Source: Heteronotia binoei (taxonomy: Eukaryota). From it: 64,000 bases of DNA. The stretch is from the NCBI RefSeq assembly GCF_032191835.1, contig NC_083226.1, positions 103,664,001-103,728,000 of the forward strand, read 5' to 3'. Every line of letters starts with the position of its first letter. Position 1 is the first letter of the stretch. The notes beneath the pieces are model-generated. The model was not told the DNA's origin. It made no database searches and saw nothing but the letters and a program-made list of their open reading frames with translations. Positions 48,446 through 61,030 of the stretch are shown here, one piece after another. Position numbers and translations under genes: made by a program.

Positions 48446-49595
48446 ATGGGAGCAGACAGAGATTGCAAGTAGAGGTCAGAAGGCCATGCCAAGGTGTGAT
48501 ATGTTATATTTCAAAATACACTTAAAAATAATACCCAGTTAAAAGAGTAAACAACCCATTCATGTGATAAACTATCCCTAATCTCTGTTGAGTCCAACAG
48601 TGTTGAATCTGCATACAGTCAAAGGTTGCAGGTGGTCATCTAGGTACAATCAAAATACAAAAACCCCCAAGAAAGTCAGCATGGTGATGTGATGGACAGC
48701 ACTTTTTAAGAGGCTTAAAAGTGCTGAACATATAACTACAAGACTGAATGGTTAATTCTTCACAGAGCTTTGAGTGACAGGCTGCTCCAGACAATCTGAT
48801 TGGTCAACATCAACTGAGCAGAAAAAGTCTTGTGAGAGCTCTATGCTGAGGAGAGGGAGTCAGATTCCTGCTTTAACTGAGAAGATACATACAGGTGGGT
48901 AGCAGTGTTGGTCTGAAGCAATAGAAGCCACTGGACTCTAATTTTGTTCTGAGAAGAGATGTATACTGAGACTATCTGGGAATAGCCCTGACAAAAAGGG
49001 TTTAGTGCTGACAAAGTCAGATTTCAGCCGTTGACTGAATACAGTCTGAATTCAGCATTAGCTGATAGCAGTTTGACCACAGAGAACTGGGAGGAAAGTT
49101 TGGCAAAGGGTTTGTAGTAGAGAGATTCCCATTCAGACCAGAAGAAAAGGGGATAGATAGAAGAAGAATCTCTACCCAGTCAGATAGGGAGCATTATCTC
49201 TGAGGAGTACAGAGATCCCTGGACTGGTATGATTAGAAACTGCCTTTAGAGACCTACGTCTGTAAACTCGAAAAAAGTACTGATGTACCAAGAGAAGGGG
49301 GCTGGGTACTGGGAAGAGGGTACTAGTGTTCTGGGCACAAAAAGAGTCAAGGGTTTAAGTTAAAAGATGATCCTGTCCCTTCAGGTTCCTGGGCTGAGAA
49401 ATTAGCCAATATACAGTACGTCACAGAAGCAGGCCTCAGATTTAGTAGGAGCTCAGAGGAGCGCAGCTCCTGAACCTTTCTTAGAGTTCCACCTCCTTCT
49501 GAGAGTTCCACCTCCTTGTCCATTGAATAGTAGTGCAGCTGCATAACAATCCCTGGATGAGCTCCACCACCTATTTTTCTGTAAAACGACCCCTG

Positions 49596-50228
49596 CACAG
49601 AAGTGAGTACACCCCTCACATTTTGTAAATATTTTATATCTTTTCATGTGACAACACTGAAGAAATTACACTTGGCTACAATGTAAAGTAGTGAGTCTAC
49701 AGCTTGTATAACAATGTAAATGTGCTGTCCCCTCAAAATTACGCAACACACAGCCATTAATGTCTAAACTGCTGGCAACAAAAGTCAGTACACCCCTAAG
49801 TGATAATGTCCAAATGGGGCCCAAAGTGTCAATATTTTGTGTGGTCACCATTATTTTCCAGCACTGCCTTAACCCTCTTGGGCACAGAGTTCACCAGAGC
49901 TTCACAGGTTGTCACTGGAGTCCTCTTCCACTCTTCCATGACGTCACATAGCTGGGTATGTTGGAGACCTTGCGCACCTCCACCTTCCATTTCAGGATTC
50001 CCCACAGATGCTCAATAGGGTTAGGTCTGGAGACATGTTTGGCCAGTCCATCACCTTTACCCTCAGCTTCTTTAGCAAGGCAGTGGTCGTTTTGGAGGTG
50101 TGTTTGGGGTCGTTATCATGTTAGAATACTGCCCTGCGGCCCAGTCTCCGAAGGGGGGGATCATGGTCTGCTTCAGTATGTCACAGTACATGTTGGCATT
50201 CATGCTTTCCTCAATGGACTGTAGCTCC
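49596..50228 (-). mobile_element. Tc1-like (DD34E, IR/DR type) transposon 3' fragment
   Basis: ITR of about 200 bp with two AAGT(G/C)AGTACACCCC direct repeats. The - strand encodes HDNDPKHTS...[15 protein letters not shown]. Confidence 0.9.
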
Positions 50229-51035
50229 CTAATACTTGTCTTGCTGCTATGATAGTCCAGGATATTGTCATAGATGCATGGTCAGCAAAAAAAAGGGACC
50301 TATAAACACATCTCAGATCTGAGACATAATTCCTGCTGAGACAATATAGAAGCTTTACCTCAAATACATTTCATGTGGTGTGGAATAAAATGTATAGTCT
50401 CTTTGCCCCAGATGGACAAGCCTCCAAGCTTCAAATAATTTTATTTGATTGATCACAAAAAGGCTTCAGCAAAGAACTTGTAGTTTTGATTATTAGATGA
50501 CCTATTGAGTTTTAGTGGAACATCACTGTTTTAGTGGAACACCACTAAAACATCCTAATACAATCTCCCCTTCTGAAAAGTTTTCTAGTTGTGCCATCAG
50601 TAGTCTTAAAATTTTAGACTGATTTTGATTAGATCCGTACACATTCACAAAAGTATAGAAGTTACCTGCCACCTGACATTTTAACATTAAGTATCTACCT
50701 TTTGGGTCCTCAGTCTTCTACTTAACCACAATATTAGGGTTTCTCAAAATAATTGCCACATGCTCCTGCCTTCTTACAGTTATTACATGCCATCAATGTC
50801 TTACCAAGATTCACTAAAAACAAATTAGTTTCTGAAAGGAAAAATGCATCCACTTTCTCTTAAACATATACATTTCCTTTGACAGTTGAATTAAGTCTTT
50901 TAATATTTATTGCACTACTAATAAAACCACTTATCTTTATTTAGTAAATATACAGCTACCTGATTACAACTAAGGGACCCTTTGTAAACAAACATAATAC
51001 CAAATATCACAGCTTATGTATTTCAGATACATGAG

Positions 51036-51945
51036 TAGGGTTGCCAAGTCCAATTCAAGAAATATCTGGGGACTTTGGGGTGGAGCCAGGAGTAAGGGTG
51101 TGACAAGCATAATTGAACTCAAAAGGGAATTCTGGCCATCACATTTAAAGGGACCGCACACCTTTTAAATGCCTTCCCCCCACTGGAAATAATGAAGGGT
51201 AGGGGCACCTTCTTCTGGGGCTCAGAACTGAACCCCCTGGTCCAATCCTTTTGAGACATGGAGGGTTTTTTGAGGAGAGGCACTGGATACTATGCTGATA
51301 ATGTGGTGCCTCTATCTCAAAAATTAGCCCCCCTCCCAGAGCCCCAGATACCCATGGATCAATTCTCCATTATACCTTATTGAAATCATTCTTGTTTGTA
51401 ATAAACAATTTTTATTAGTAACATATGGTAGCAAAACTATATCTACATCTTATAAAGACTTAGAAATGAGAAATTCTTCTACCCCATATCTTACTTTTCC
51501 CCCACCCCTCCCCCCTTTACTTGACCCCTGCCAGTGTTATTTACTTAAAAAAAACAAATATTAAAGGTACCTTTAACTATTAAAAAACCAAAAATTATAT
51601 TTTGTTTTTTTTAAAAAGAAAAACTTAATCATTATCAAAAATTGTCCAATGTCCTTTTATTTTCCACTTTTTTTCTACGTATCTTCTGAACTTCTTCCAC
51701 TCCAACTTAAAAAGCTCCAAATTATAGTCTCTTAATTTTCTTGTTAATTTGTCCATTTCACTCCATGACATAATTTTTATAATCCAGTCCCATTTCTCTG
51801 GTATTTTTTCCTATGGAAATCATTCTCCATAGGGAATAGACATTTCCCTCCCGCCCCCCGCCCCCGCTTTCTGATGACCCTGAGGTGGGGGGAGGGCCTC
51901 CAAACTGGGGGATCTGCTGCCCCCACCTGGGGATTGGCAATCCTA
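51036..51945. mobile_element. hAT-Blackjack-type MITE containing a nested L1 3' end
   Basis: TIRs TAGGGTTGCC / GGCAATCCTA. Perfect 8-bp TSD TACATGAG (51028-35 and 51946-53). Confidence 0.88.
51393..51811 (-). mobile_element. 5'-truncated L1-like LINE 3' end
   Basis: ORF2 C-terminus KIPEKWDWIIKIMSWSEMDKLT...WKKF. 15-bp TSD TAT(T/G)GAAATCATTCT at 51378-92 and 51812-26. Confidence 0.8.
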
Positions 51946-52429
51946 TACATGAGGAATATCCTCCTCTAAACCTTTAAGAAATTGCTGTGCTTCCTCTGTA
52001 GTATGTATTATTGTCCAACTATTCCTATAAAAAATTACTCTAAAGGGAATGCCTCAACTGTATTGGATTCTTAAAGTCTTAATTTACTAGTTAAAAACTA
52101 AAATTGACACCTTTTGGACAGTGTCCAGATGAAGGTCGTTTAGAATCTGTATTATGTTCAACAAGAGGCTTTCCATTCCATATATTATGCAAAATTGCAT
52201 CCTTAGTTCTCAGCATAAAGTTTTTTTTTCACTTTTTTCTATCCCTACTGCTGCACTATGATCTGTACCCAAATACCCTTTTAGTACATCTTCCAAAAAG
52301 CCCACAATGTCTTTCCTTTCAATATTTTCTGGTAGGCCTTGAAATTTTAAATTATGTGTTAATTTTAAATTATCTACCAATTTAGCTTTGCCCTCCTCCT
52401 GTCTTGTGGTACATCTCCCATCCTCTAAG

Positions 52430-53089
52430 AGGTTTTGAAGATGATGGACTAAGGCTCTGCAGTCTCTCTAGAAAGTTATTTGAACATTTTGGGGTGTATA
52501 TCATCTGGCTTGGGGATTTGTGCTCATCCAGCAGAATCAGGTGCCTCTCTGTCCACGTCAACCAACAGCCTGGATCCTGTGCATTGCCAACTACTGTCTC
52601 TAGATAAGCCTGTTTTCTTTAGCGGGGGGGAAACCAAGGCAAAATAGGCATTGAGCCTTTCTGTTTTCTCTCTGCCTTCTGTCATAGTTTCTCTATTTTC
52701 ACCCAACAGTGGACCTATTGCATCATTTACCTTGTGTTTGCTCCTCACCAGGGCCTTGTTTCTGGAAATAGAGGAGCTGGAACTCTGAAATGGGAAATAA
52801 AGGAGAAGCACACAAGTGCCCCTCATGAACTTTAATTTCTTTTTGTATAATTTTGTTTCCACAAAGAAGTTCTGGAACTCCGTTCCACCATGTTCTCCCA
52901 GAAAAAAAGCCCTGCTCCTCACATAGACAAAGAAGCTATGGCCTCTTGTCTGGATGACTTACAGTGCCTACCAGCCCTCAGATACACTTCTTTAGAGGCA
53001 TGTCCTTCCCTCCATTTCTTGAACATTCCTCTTTTCTTCTTTAACTCATCATGGAGTTCTCTGTTCATCTCTTGTCTGAATCCTGTGTA
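52430..53089 (-). mobile_element. CR1 fragment split by a hAT MITE
   Basis: KKKRGMFKKWREG..., VNDAIGPLLGENRETMTEGREKTERLNAYFALV. Confidence 0.8.
52749..52914. mobile_element. hAT MITE
   Basis: TIRs CAGGGC.../...GCCCTG. Perfect TSD CTCCTCAC (52741-48 and 52915-22). Confidence 0.85.
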
Positions 53090-53268
53090 CAGGGCTTTTT
53101 TTGAGCAGGAATGCAATTCCGGCTAGCTTGGTGTCAGGGGGTGTGGCCTCATACACAAATGAGTTCCTGCTGGGCTGTGCAAAACAATGGTGATGTCAGG
53201 GGGTGCAGCCTAATATGCAAAATAAGTTCTTGCTGGGCTTTTTTTTTTTTTTAACAAAAAAAGCCCTG
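53090..53268. mobile_element. hAT MITE (octamer-bearing family)
   Basis: CAGGGCTTTTTTT / AAAAAAGCCCTG. Perfect TSD CCTGTGTA (53082-89 and 53269-76). Confidence 0.88.
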
Positions 53269-54528
53269 CCTGTGTAGAATGTCACAGTAGATATGTGTAG
53301 ATATGGACAGTGGTGCTGGGTGGAGCTGTTATCTGCACATGTTCAAATATACTGAAGGTAAATATTATTTTGCAGTGTTTTTCCAGCTGATGTAATGGAT
53401 GCCAACATAGCACTCCTTAAAGAGGATCAAATGACTGAATTCCTAAATTGGCCTAATAGAACTGTCCAATAAGTATTGGGATATTTCAAATGTCACTCCT
53501 TCAGTAATTAGTTAATCTGTTTGCTCATATATGCTAATTCTTAGTTAGTTAGCCTAGAACCAATTAGGTTCTAGGCATGTATTTTCAACCAGAAAACATG
53601 AGGTGTTATTCCTAATGAGAGCTGTAGTTTGTCAATTGGCTGATCAATAAATTGGTTGGATGCAGGAGGTGGGGCTTTGGGGTAAACTTCATTCCCTTTG
53701 TGTTCAGCTCACAGAGTGAAAGAGAGTTAGCGTTTTAGACCATGAGATGTAGACCAGTTAGTTAGACTGTTATTGTTTTCTTAATGCTAATTACACACAT
53801 GTGCTGCGGTACTTTTTATTCTGCTAAGTATATCCAATAAAAACCTCTCCCCTTTGTGGACAGGGAAAGCCCTACCCCCAATTGGCATTTCCTGCCACTT
53901 CTCAGAGTAGGTTCTCCTCTAGACAAAGTACACTGATTCTCATTTTCTATGCCACTTTAAACCTTACATGGTTAAAAAGCAGTGGCTAATTTGCAGTTTG
54001 CAGGACATTTGCTTATGCCCCACAAATAATTCTCTTTCCCCCTTTAAATAAACTGGAATTTCAGCAGCAGAGCTTAAATATAAAATTGTTAGGGAAAGTT
54101 AAGTGAAGAATCTATATTGCTCTCTTTTCTTTTACGTGGCACAACAAAAGCATCAAAGTAACCTATGTAAGTGTTCTTCAAATCTGTAACTACTAAGATG
54201 ATAGAACTGGAAGATACGAAATGCAGAGTGTATTTTCAAGAACCCACACCATAAAGAAAATGTACTAATATCTTTGCCAATAAATGTAACACATCGGAAT
54301 CTTGTTCTTGGTTCAGCAGTGCCTTGGTTCATGGATAATTGGGTTGGGAAATCATTCTGCATGTCTATATTTTTCAAGTTTATAAAAGAGCACTTATAGA
54401 ATATCTATATTTGCTGCCTTTGGGTATTTAGAATGCAAATATATAGTTATACCCCCCCCACCCCAAGATATAACCATATAACCATATGTGTTACAAATGT
54501 CTTCAAAAACAATGATCTTAGAAATAAT

Positions 54529-54715
54529 CAGAGCATTCTTTGTAGAAAAAGACCAGCAGGAACTCATTTGCATATTAGGCCACACCCCCTGATATCACCA
54601 TTATTTCACATGGGGCTTTTTGTAGAAAAAGTTCAGCAGGAGCTCATTTGCATATTAGGCCACACCCCCGGCACCAAGCCAGCCGGAACTGCGTTCCTAC
54701 TAAAAAAAAGCCCTG
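54529..54715. mobile_element. hAT MITE (octamer-bearing family)
   Basis: Two CTCATTTGCATATTAGGCCACACCCC units, with ATTTGCAT at 54566 and 54646. Confidence 0.75.
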
Positions 54716-55595
54716 AAAATAAAACTTTATATTATCATTCTAAATATACATTTGTTTATTTTAGTTGAACTGACATATAGGTAGGGATTGCTTTGTAGAA
54801 AAATAGGTGGGGGAGCTCATCTAGGGATTGTTATGCAGCTGCACCTACTATTCAATGGACAAGGTAGGTGGGGGAGAAGGAGGGGGAACCCTCAGAAAGG
54901 TTCAGGAGCTGTGCTCCTGTGAGCTCCTGTTGAATTCAAGGCCTGCATATAGGTGGTGTTCAGTCTACTTTCACATGGGTAATTTACTCAAAAACAAGTC
55001 CCACTGACTTCAATAGGACTTACTCGCAAAAAAGTGTGCATAGGATTAAAACTGAAGCCTGAAATGTCCTTTCTTAAATTGGTCATTTTTAAATTATAGT
55101 AAATTTACTGAATTCAAATTTGACTCAGTGATTTCTTCTGGTTAGTGATCACCACCAGGTGTCTCTATTAGTCTAATAATTCTAAGGAATAAGAAAAGGA
55201 AGCAAGAAAAATGATTGTCAATTGTTTTTAAGGCTGCTGCACAAATAAGGTTCTGCTTTCATGGGTACAAGAAAAATGTTTTGTGTAAGCTATTAAATGT
55301 GGAAACCATATTATGTATTCAAAAATGTATTGTGCTGTTTATGTAAATCAGTTTCCAAACAAGCATTATGATCGTGAAAAAGACACTTCTATCATGTTTT
55401 TCTTTCTCCCTTAGAAGAGTTCATACCTTGTTCTCCCCATGTTGGCCTCACAACAACCCTGTGAGGTAAATTGACTGGGTGAGTGACTGGGCAAGGCTTC
55501 ATGACAGATGTCCTCAGCCTTAATCACTCTAAACTCTGCACTGCAGCATATGTATCATAACTAATTCAAAGTAAATTATCTCTTGGTACTTGCTG

Positions 55596-55926
55596 TTCTC
55601 TCTCTCTCTCTCGGCTTGGCTTCGCGAACGAAGATTTAAGAAGGGTGCAGTAGTCCACGTCTGCTGCAGGCTCGCTGGTGGCTGACAAGACCAATGCGGG
55701 ACAGGCAGGTCCGGCCACAGTGGCTGCAGGGAAAAGTCTGATTTAGGGTTGGTGCTGTAGCAGTGCGATTCTTCCTCAATCTCCTTTTGTCCTCAAGACC
55801 AGCTATGCGTGCGTTCTCAAAAGAAGAAACAGCCTGGTGGATGGTGTGCCTCCATGCTTTGCGATCTGAGGCTAGGTCAGACCACTGGTGATGGTTGATG
55901 CGACAGGTGCCAAGGGATTTCTTCAA
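55596..55926 (-). mobile_element. RTE-clade LINE 3' end with a (GA)n tail
   Basis: ORF 55636-55926: DRKAWRHTI...FPCSHCGRTCLSRIGLVSHQRAC. Confidence 0.88.
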
Positions 55927-56696
55927 GGAGTCCTTGTACCTCTTCTTTGGTGCCCCTCTATTTCAATGGCCGGTGGAAAGTTCGCCATACAGAGCAATCT
56001 TGGGTACATAGTAGATAATGGTTTATTTAGGTGGTTCAAACTACAAAAATTCATTCTGTTGCTACAAAATTGACCTGAGACCCTGGAGAGCTGCTGCCAG
56101 TTTGGAAGCTGATTTACAATACTAATTGTAAGGCTCACATGCTTTCTCTCCTTGTTCCATGAGCTAAGATGGAAAATGGAGCTATTTGTAGTGTCTCAGT
56201 GAAGATATCTTGACTAACTGTGGTTTGTTACTATTCAATAACTGGGGTACATTTACTGAGATAAACCTCACCTAGTGAAGGCACCTCCATTTGGTATCAT
56301 GACTAATAGGAATTAGACCAAAAGCCTCTGTCTTCCATTATGACATACTGTAAGAGGGAGGAAGCAGATTCATGTTCATCTGGTGTACTTATGATATATG
56401 AACTGAAAGTTTATGACTGGCCTAAATCAACGAATGAGATTCTACAGCAAAAAGGGTATTTGAACCTGGGAGTACCAGTGCCTACTCTGAAGCTCTGTTA
56501 CACCACTCTGGCTTTTATAGGATGGCTGCTGTTGAAGAGTAACAAGCAGCCAGGCCTAGGTGAGTCCACCCTCCAAAACAGCCATCTTCTCCAGGGGAAC
56601 TGATCTCTGTCATCTGGACAGTAGTTGAAACTTTGAGTGATCTCCAGCTCCAGCTCCTGCCTGGAGGTTAGAGTAACACAAAGAGTAACGTGGAAA

Positions 56697-59148
56697 AGTG
56701 AAGCAGGAGCAAAGCTCGAAGGCATCCACGAAAAACTAGCCTCAATATTGAAAAATTTTATACAAATTACTTCCTACAAAAACAACAATACTTCTAATAA
56801 ATCCAATTACAAAATACCCCGAAACCAAAGTCCTTCCGTTCAACGGATTGACCAAAACATTACAATAAAATTCTTTCTCTAAATAGTTCTGAAACCAAAA
56901 AAAAATGTTCTAAAAGGGAGGCAGAAGTGGAAACAATAGGTTTCCGCTTCTGACTCCCTTTTAGAACCTATCGGTCAGTATGTGGATTTTTTTCTAAAAC
57001 CTTTTGTGGCGCTGTCACCTACCTACATTAAGGATACTACTGATTTTATAGCCAAAATAGGTCTTCAGGTGACAGAAAATGCAGTGTTGGTGTCTCTTGA
57101 CACCAACGCTTTGTATACCAACATTCCTCATGATGAGGTGAGACTTGTGTTGGAAAGCATCCTAGAATCTAGAGAGGAACGTCTGCCCCCTACTCATTTT
57201 CTACTCGAGCTTATTGATATAATTTTTGAGCACAATTTTTTTGTTTGTTTCAGGATCTATTTTATGTACAATTCAAAGGGGTCTCAATGGGAAGTCCCTT
57301 TTCTCCTAGTGTTGCATGTTTGTTTATGGACTATTTAGAGAAAGAATTTTATTGTAATGTTTTGGTCAGTCCATTTTTTTCTTCTGTAATATGGTTTTGT
57401 TGTTATATAGATGATGTCATGGCTATTTTTTCTGATGTTGACAGAGTGGATTCTTGGATAGATTGGATGAACAGTATCCATCCATCTATTCAGTTTAGTC
57501 ACAAGGCTGATAATCGATCTATGGCCTTTTTGGATACTGTTGTGTACAAATTACAGGGCAATACCTTAGCTGTTAGACCCTATAGGGAATCAATTGATAA
57601 ATCTCTTCCATTGAGATACGATAGTTGTCATCCCACCCATTTAAAAAAGAGCTTGCCTGTTTCATAGCTAATAAGGGCTAAATGTAACTCCATGAATATG
57701 GAAGACTTTGAGGGTGAAAAAACCCATGTTTGCACCAAATATGTTTCATGAGCATGTCCAAAACACATAATTAATTCTGCTTGTAAGCGTGTTAATAACA
57801 TGTCTAGAATAACAATGTTTTCTAAACACAATCGCTATGAAGAAAAGGCGGGGACAGTTAAAAATAGATTGACATGTGCCTTTCAATTTTCCTTTGGCCT
57901 ATCCTATCCAAAATGTTCTTTAAAAATTTTGGCTTGTAGTAAGAGACTTTCCTGGTTGTGAGAACTTTCCCAAAAATGGATATAGGAGGACTAGAAATTT
58001 ATCTGATTCTCTGGTTCGATCTGACTTTAAGAAAACACCTGTGTTTAAAGGGAATGCAGGACATCATAAATGCGGGGCTTGTTTCGCTTGCACATTATCT
58101 TTGGACTTGAAAGAGTTTATACATCCCACCAAAGGCTTTAAGGTCATTTTGAATGACATTACAACTTGTTCCACTAAGGCTTGTATTTATATTATTTTAT
58201 GTCCGTGTTTGAAAATTTATTGTGGCTGTACAAGATGCGCAGTTAGGACATGTGTCTTGGAACACAAGTATCATGTGAAGAATTTAATTTCTGAAGCTCC
58301 TCTCACAGAGCATTTTCGCCAATTTGTACATGATCCTAATGATTTGAGGTTTTTTGTTTTGGAAAAATTTCTTCTGCGGCTTCAGGGTAAAGTAGATATG
58401 CATAGATGGTTGCTCAGGCAAGAAATGCGCTGGATCTTTAAATTGAACTCCCTGATACCAAACAGACTGAATAATAATTGGGATCTTTCTTGTTTTTTGT
58501 AGTAACAATTTCATGTAAGTTCTAATGTAGATCTCATTGGATACTGTGTCTCTAACTTTAAGAATTAAAGAGTTATAGTATGTAACTTAAAGGGCTAAAG
58601 TAATGTTTAACACCTGTTCGTACATATATCATGTGAGGTGTGGCTGTGTGGTGCCATTTTAATCTGCAGAAAAAAAGTTCAGCTATTGCTATGAATGAAT
58701 TATTCAAGATCAGTGAAGGTTTGTATGTTTGCTTGTATGTTCTATTCAATTCTGTTCTTCAGCTTGTCAGTGATTTTTTGACATTATCTTTTGTGCAGCT
58801 TGTTAAAGCCTCAGGTGAAACAGGGCTATATGTGCTTCCCTGTTGCGAAATTGCACTGTGCTGCCTATGCAAAATAGTGTTGTACTGCTTTTCGTCTACA
58901 CACCTTCCTTGTTGAAAGGACTGTTGAAGTGTTGGACTCCTACTTCACGGCTTGTCAAGGATTTTCCCGGACTTCCACTACACAAAAAAATGAACTTTGG
59001 CATTGAACGTAAGGACTTTGGTTTTGGGGTATTTTGTAATTGGATTTATTACAAGTATTGCTGTTTTTGTAGGAAGTAATTTGTATAAAGTTTTCACTAT
59101 TGAGGCTGGTTTTTCGTGGATGCCTTCAGGCTTTGTTCCTGCTTCCTG
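56697..59148 (+). mobile_element. Penelope-like element (RT + GIY-YIG), frameshifted, with an inverted partial terminal repeat
   Basis: RT motifs SLDTNALYTNIP, GVSMGSPFSP and YIDD. Also CxxCxxC and a GIY-YIG-like IYIILCPCLKIYCG...EH. 56697-56850 is the reverse complement of about 58995-59148. Confidence 0.88.
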
Positions 59149-60194
59149 CCTGGAGGTTGGAAATCTTAGTTCCCTTGGAGGAAATGGCTGATTTGGAGGT
59201 TGGAGTCTATAGCATTATATCCTTCTGAGGTCCTTCCCCTCCTCAATCCCCACCTTCCCTAAGTTCCACTCCCCAAATTCTAAGAATTCTAAGAATTTCC
59301 TAACTTGGGGTTGGCAACCTTATGTCCTTCCCACCAAATAGCCAACCTACTTTTATCTGCTCTTCTGTGTTAAGTTCCCCCCACAGCAGCCTCTGCCTAG
59401 GAAAACTGTGACCCAGTTGTGTGGTACCAGCCACTAGGCCAGGCACACTGCATGGCAGAGAACCCTCAAGGACTTGTGGGGCAACATTTTACTGCAGACA
59501 TTATTCTCCTCACAACAACCCTTTGAGAGAGTATGCGACTGGCCACAGATCACACAGTGAGCTTCCACAGCAAGATGAGTCATGCAAGTTGGGTGGTATC
59601 AAGTCACCCAGTTTGCTGCCAGGCAGCCTACATTTCTCTGGCCCTTTGTCTTCAGGTTTCCCTCTCCTCACAGCCAGTCCAGAGTGGGAGCTGCCAGGTC
59701 CTCAAAAGTAAGTCAGACCCTCAAAAGTAAGTTAGACCCTCAAAATGTCAGACTTCACTTTTAGTTTGGTTGGGAATTTTTTTTAAAAAAAAACCCATGG
59801 TTTTTTTTTTAAGATTTCAGATTTTTCTGCACACCTAAAATCTGTCAAATGAAGACCACTGGACCACTGGCTTAAGAGCTGGAGCAAGGACTGCAGGTCA
59901 GGCGCTGCATCTCCACTGGGCTGCTTCTGTGTGAGCCCACTGTCTCTTGGCTCCCACTGGCTGGTGACCCCAAACCTGGACTGGCCAAGCAGAAGACTAG
60001 TTTTCACTTAGGGGAGCTTTTGGTGACAGGGGTGGGTATGATACCGCAACATCACGTCTGGTCATATAACTGGAAGTGATGTCACATGTCTCCATGACTT
60101 TCAAGCACAAGGTCTGCTAAGAATATCTTGACATGTCTTTAAAAGTCAAATTCTGCCAGAGCCAACACTGTAGCTGTCTGCACTCCACCATGTT

Positions 60195-60715
60195 GGATCT
60201 TCACCAGCCGGAGAGGATCCACGCAGCTCCATGAGTCATATATCTTCAGATGTAAAACTGAGATTGTTGGAGTTGGAGGAAATGAAACTATGCCCAACAG
60301 ACCCTTATATCCGCTCCCCAGCATCCTTAGGCCTCAATGTTTATTGTGGTAAAATGCCCCATTATTTATCAGACTTAACCATTCCAAGTCATCACAGGGC
60401 ATTCATGTTGGCTAGATTAAATGTGTTCCCCTCCAAAGTCTTGCAGGGGAGATCATTGATTACCTTTATGTGATAGACTCTGTACATGTGGAGCAAATAT
60501 TCCCGACTCAATACAGCATATATTGCTTGATTGTTCCATATATCCTAATTTCCGTAAGGAACTACCTTGCAAACTTTCTTTGTCCCCAGATCCATCTATT
60601 CTGCCACCCTGTCATTATTTACTGAATGACACTGAGTGGGAGGTTACTGAGGCTGTGGCAAAATTTTTGGCTGACATTCTTAAATGTAAATCTGATCTTG
60701 TATAAATGCACATGT
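60195..60715 (+). mobile_element. Non-LTR retrotransposon C-terminus with a CCHC zinc knuckle (RTEX/Rex-like; clade uncertain)
   Basis: YLSDLTIPSHHRAFMLARLN...LCTCGANIPDSIQHILLDCSIY. A 3' remnant continues at 61030-61130. Confidence 0.55.
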
Positions 60716-60721
60716 TTGGTG

Positions 60722-61030
60722 TAGCCAGTTTGGTGTAGTGGTTAAATGTGCGGACTCTTATCTGGGAGAACCGGGTTTGATTCCCCACTCCTCCACTTGC
60801 ACCTGCTGGAATGGCCTTGGGTCAGCTGTAGCTCTGGCAGAGGTTGTCCTTGAAAGGGCAGCTGCTATGAGAGCCCTCTCCAGCCCCACCCACCTCACAG
60901 GGTGTCTGTTGTGGCAGAGGAAGGTAAAGGAGATTATGAGCCGCTCTGATACTCTTCGGAGTGGAGGGCGGGATATAAATCCAATATCATCATCATCATC
61001 ATCTTCTTCTTCTTCTTCTTCTTCTTCTTC
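60722..61030 (+). mobile_element. Squam3-like SINE with an (ATC)n(TTC)n tail
   Basis: A-box TGGTGTAGTGG, B-box GGTTTGATTCC and a CORE body. Confidence 0.87.

Noticed and set aside
53440-53880. Possible solo LTR (AATAAA at about 53837); similar impression at 48700-49560
   Set aside because: I could not establish TG...CA ends or a TSD.
58790-58850. Possible hammerhead in the Penelope 3' region (…AAGCCTCAGGT-GAAAC…)
   Set aside because: The CUGANGA core is not recognisable (CTTGTTA), so it is too degenerate to call.
60722-60790. tRNA genes at SINE heads (also 11100, 19140, 40310, 43860)
   Set aside because: A/B boxes are present but there is no cloverleaf, and each is followed by a CORE body.
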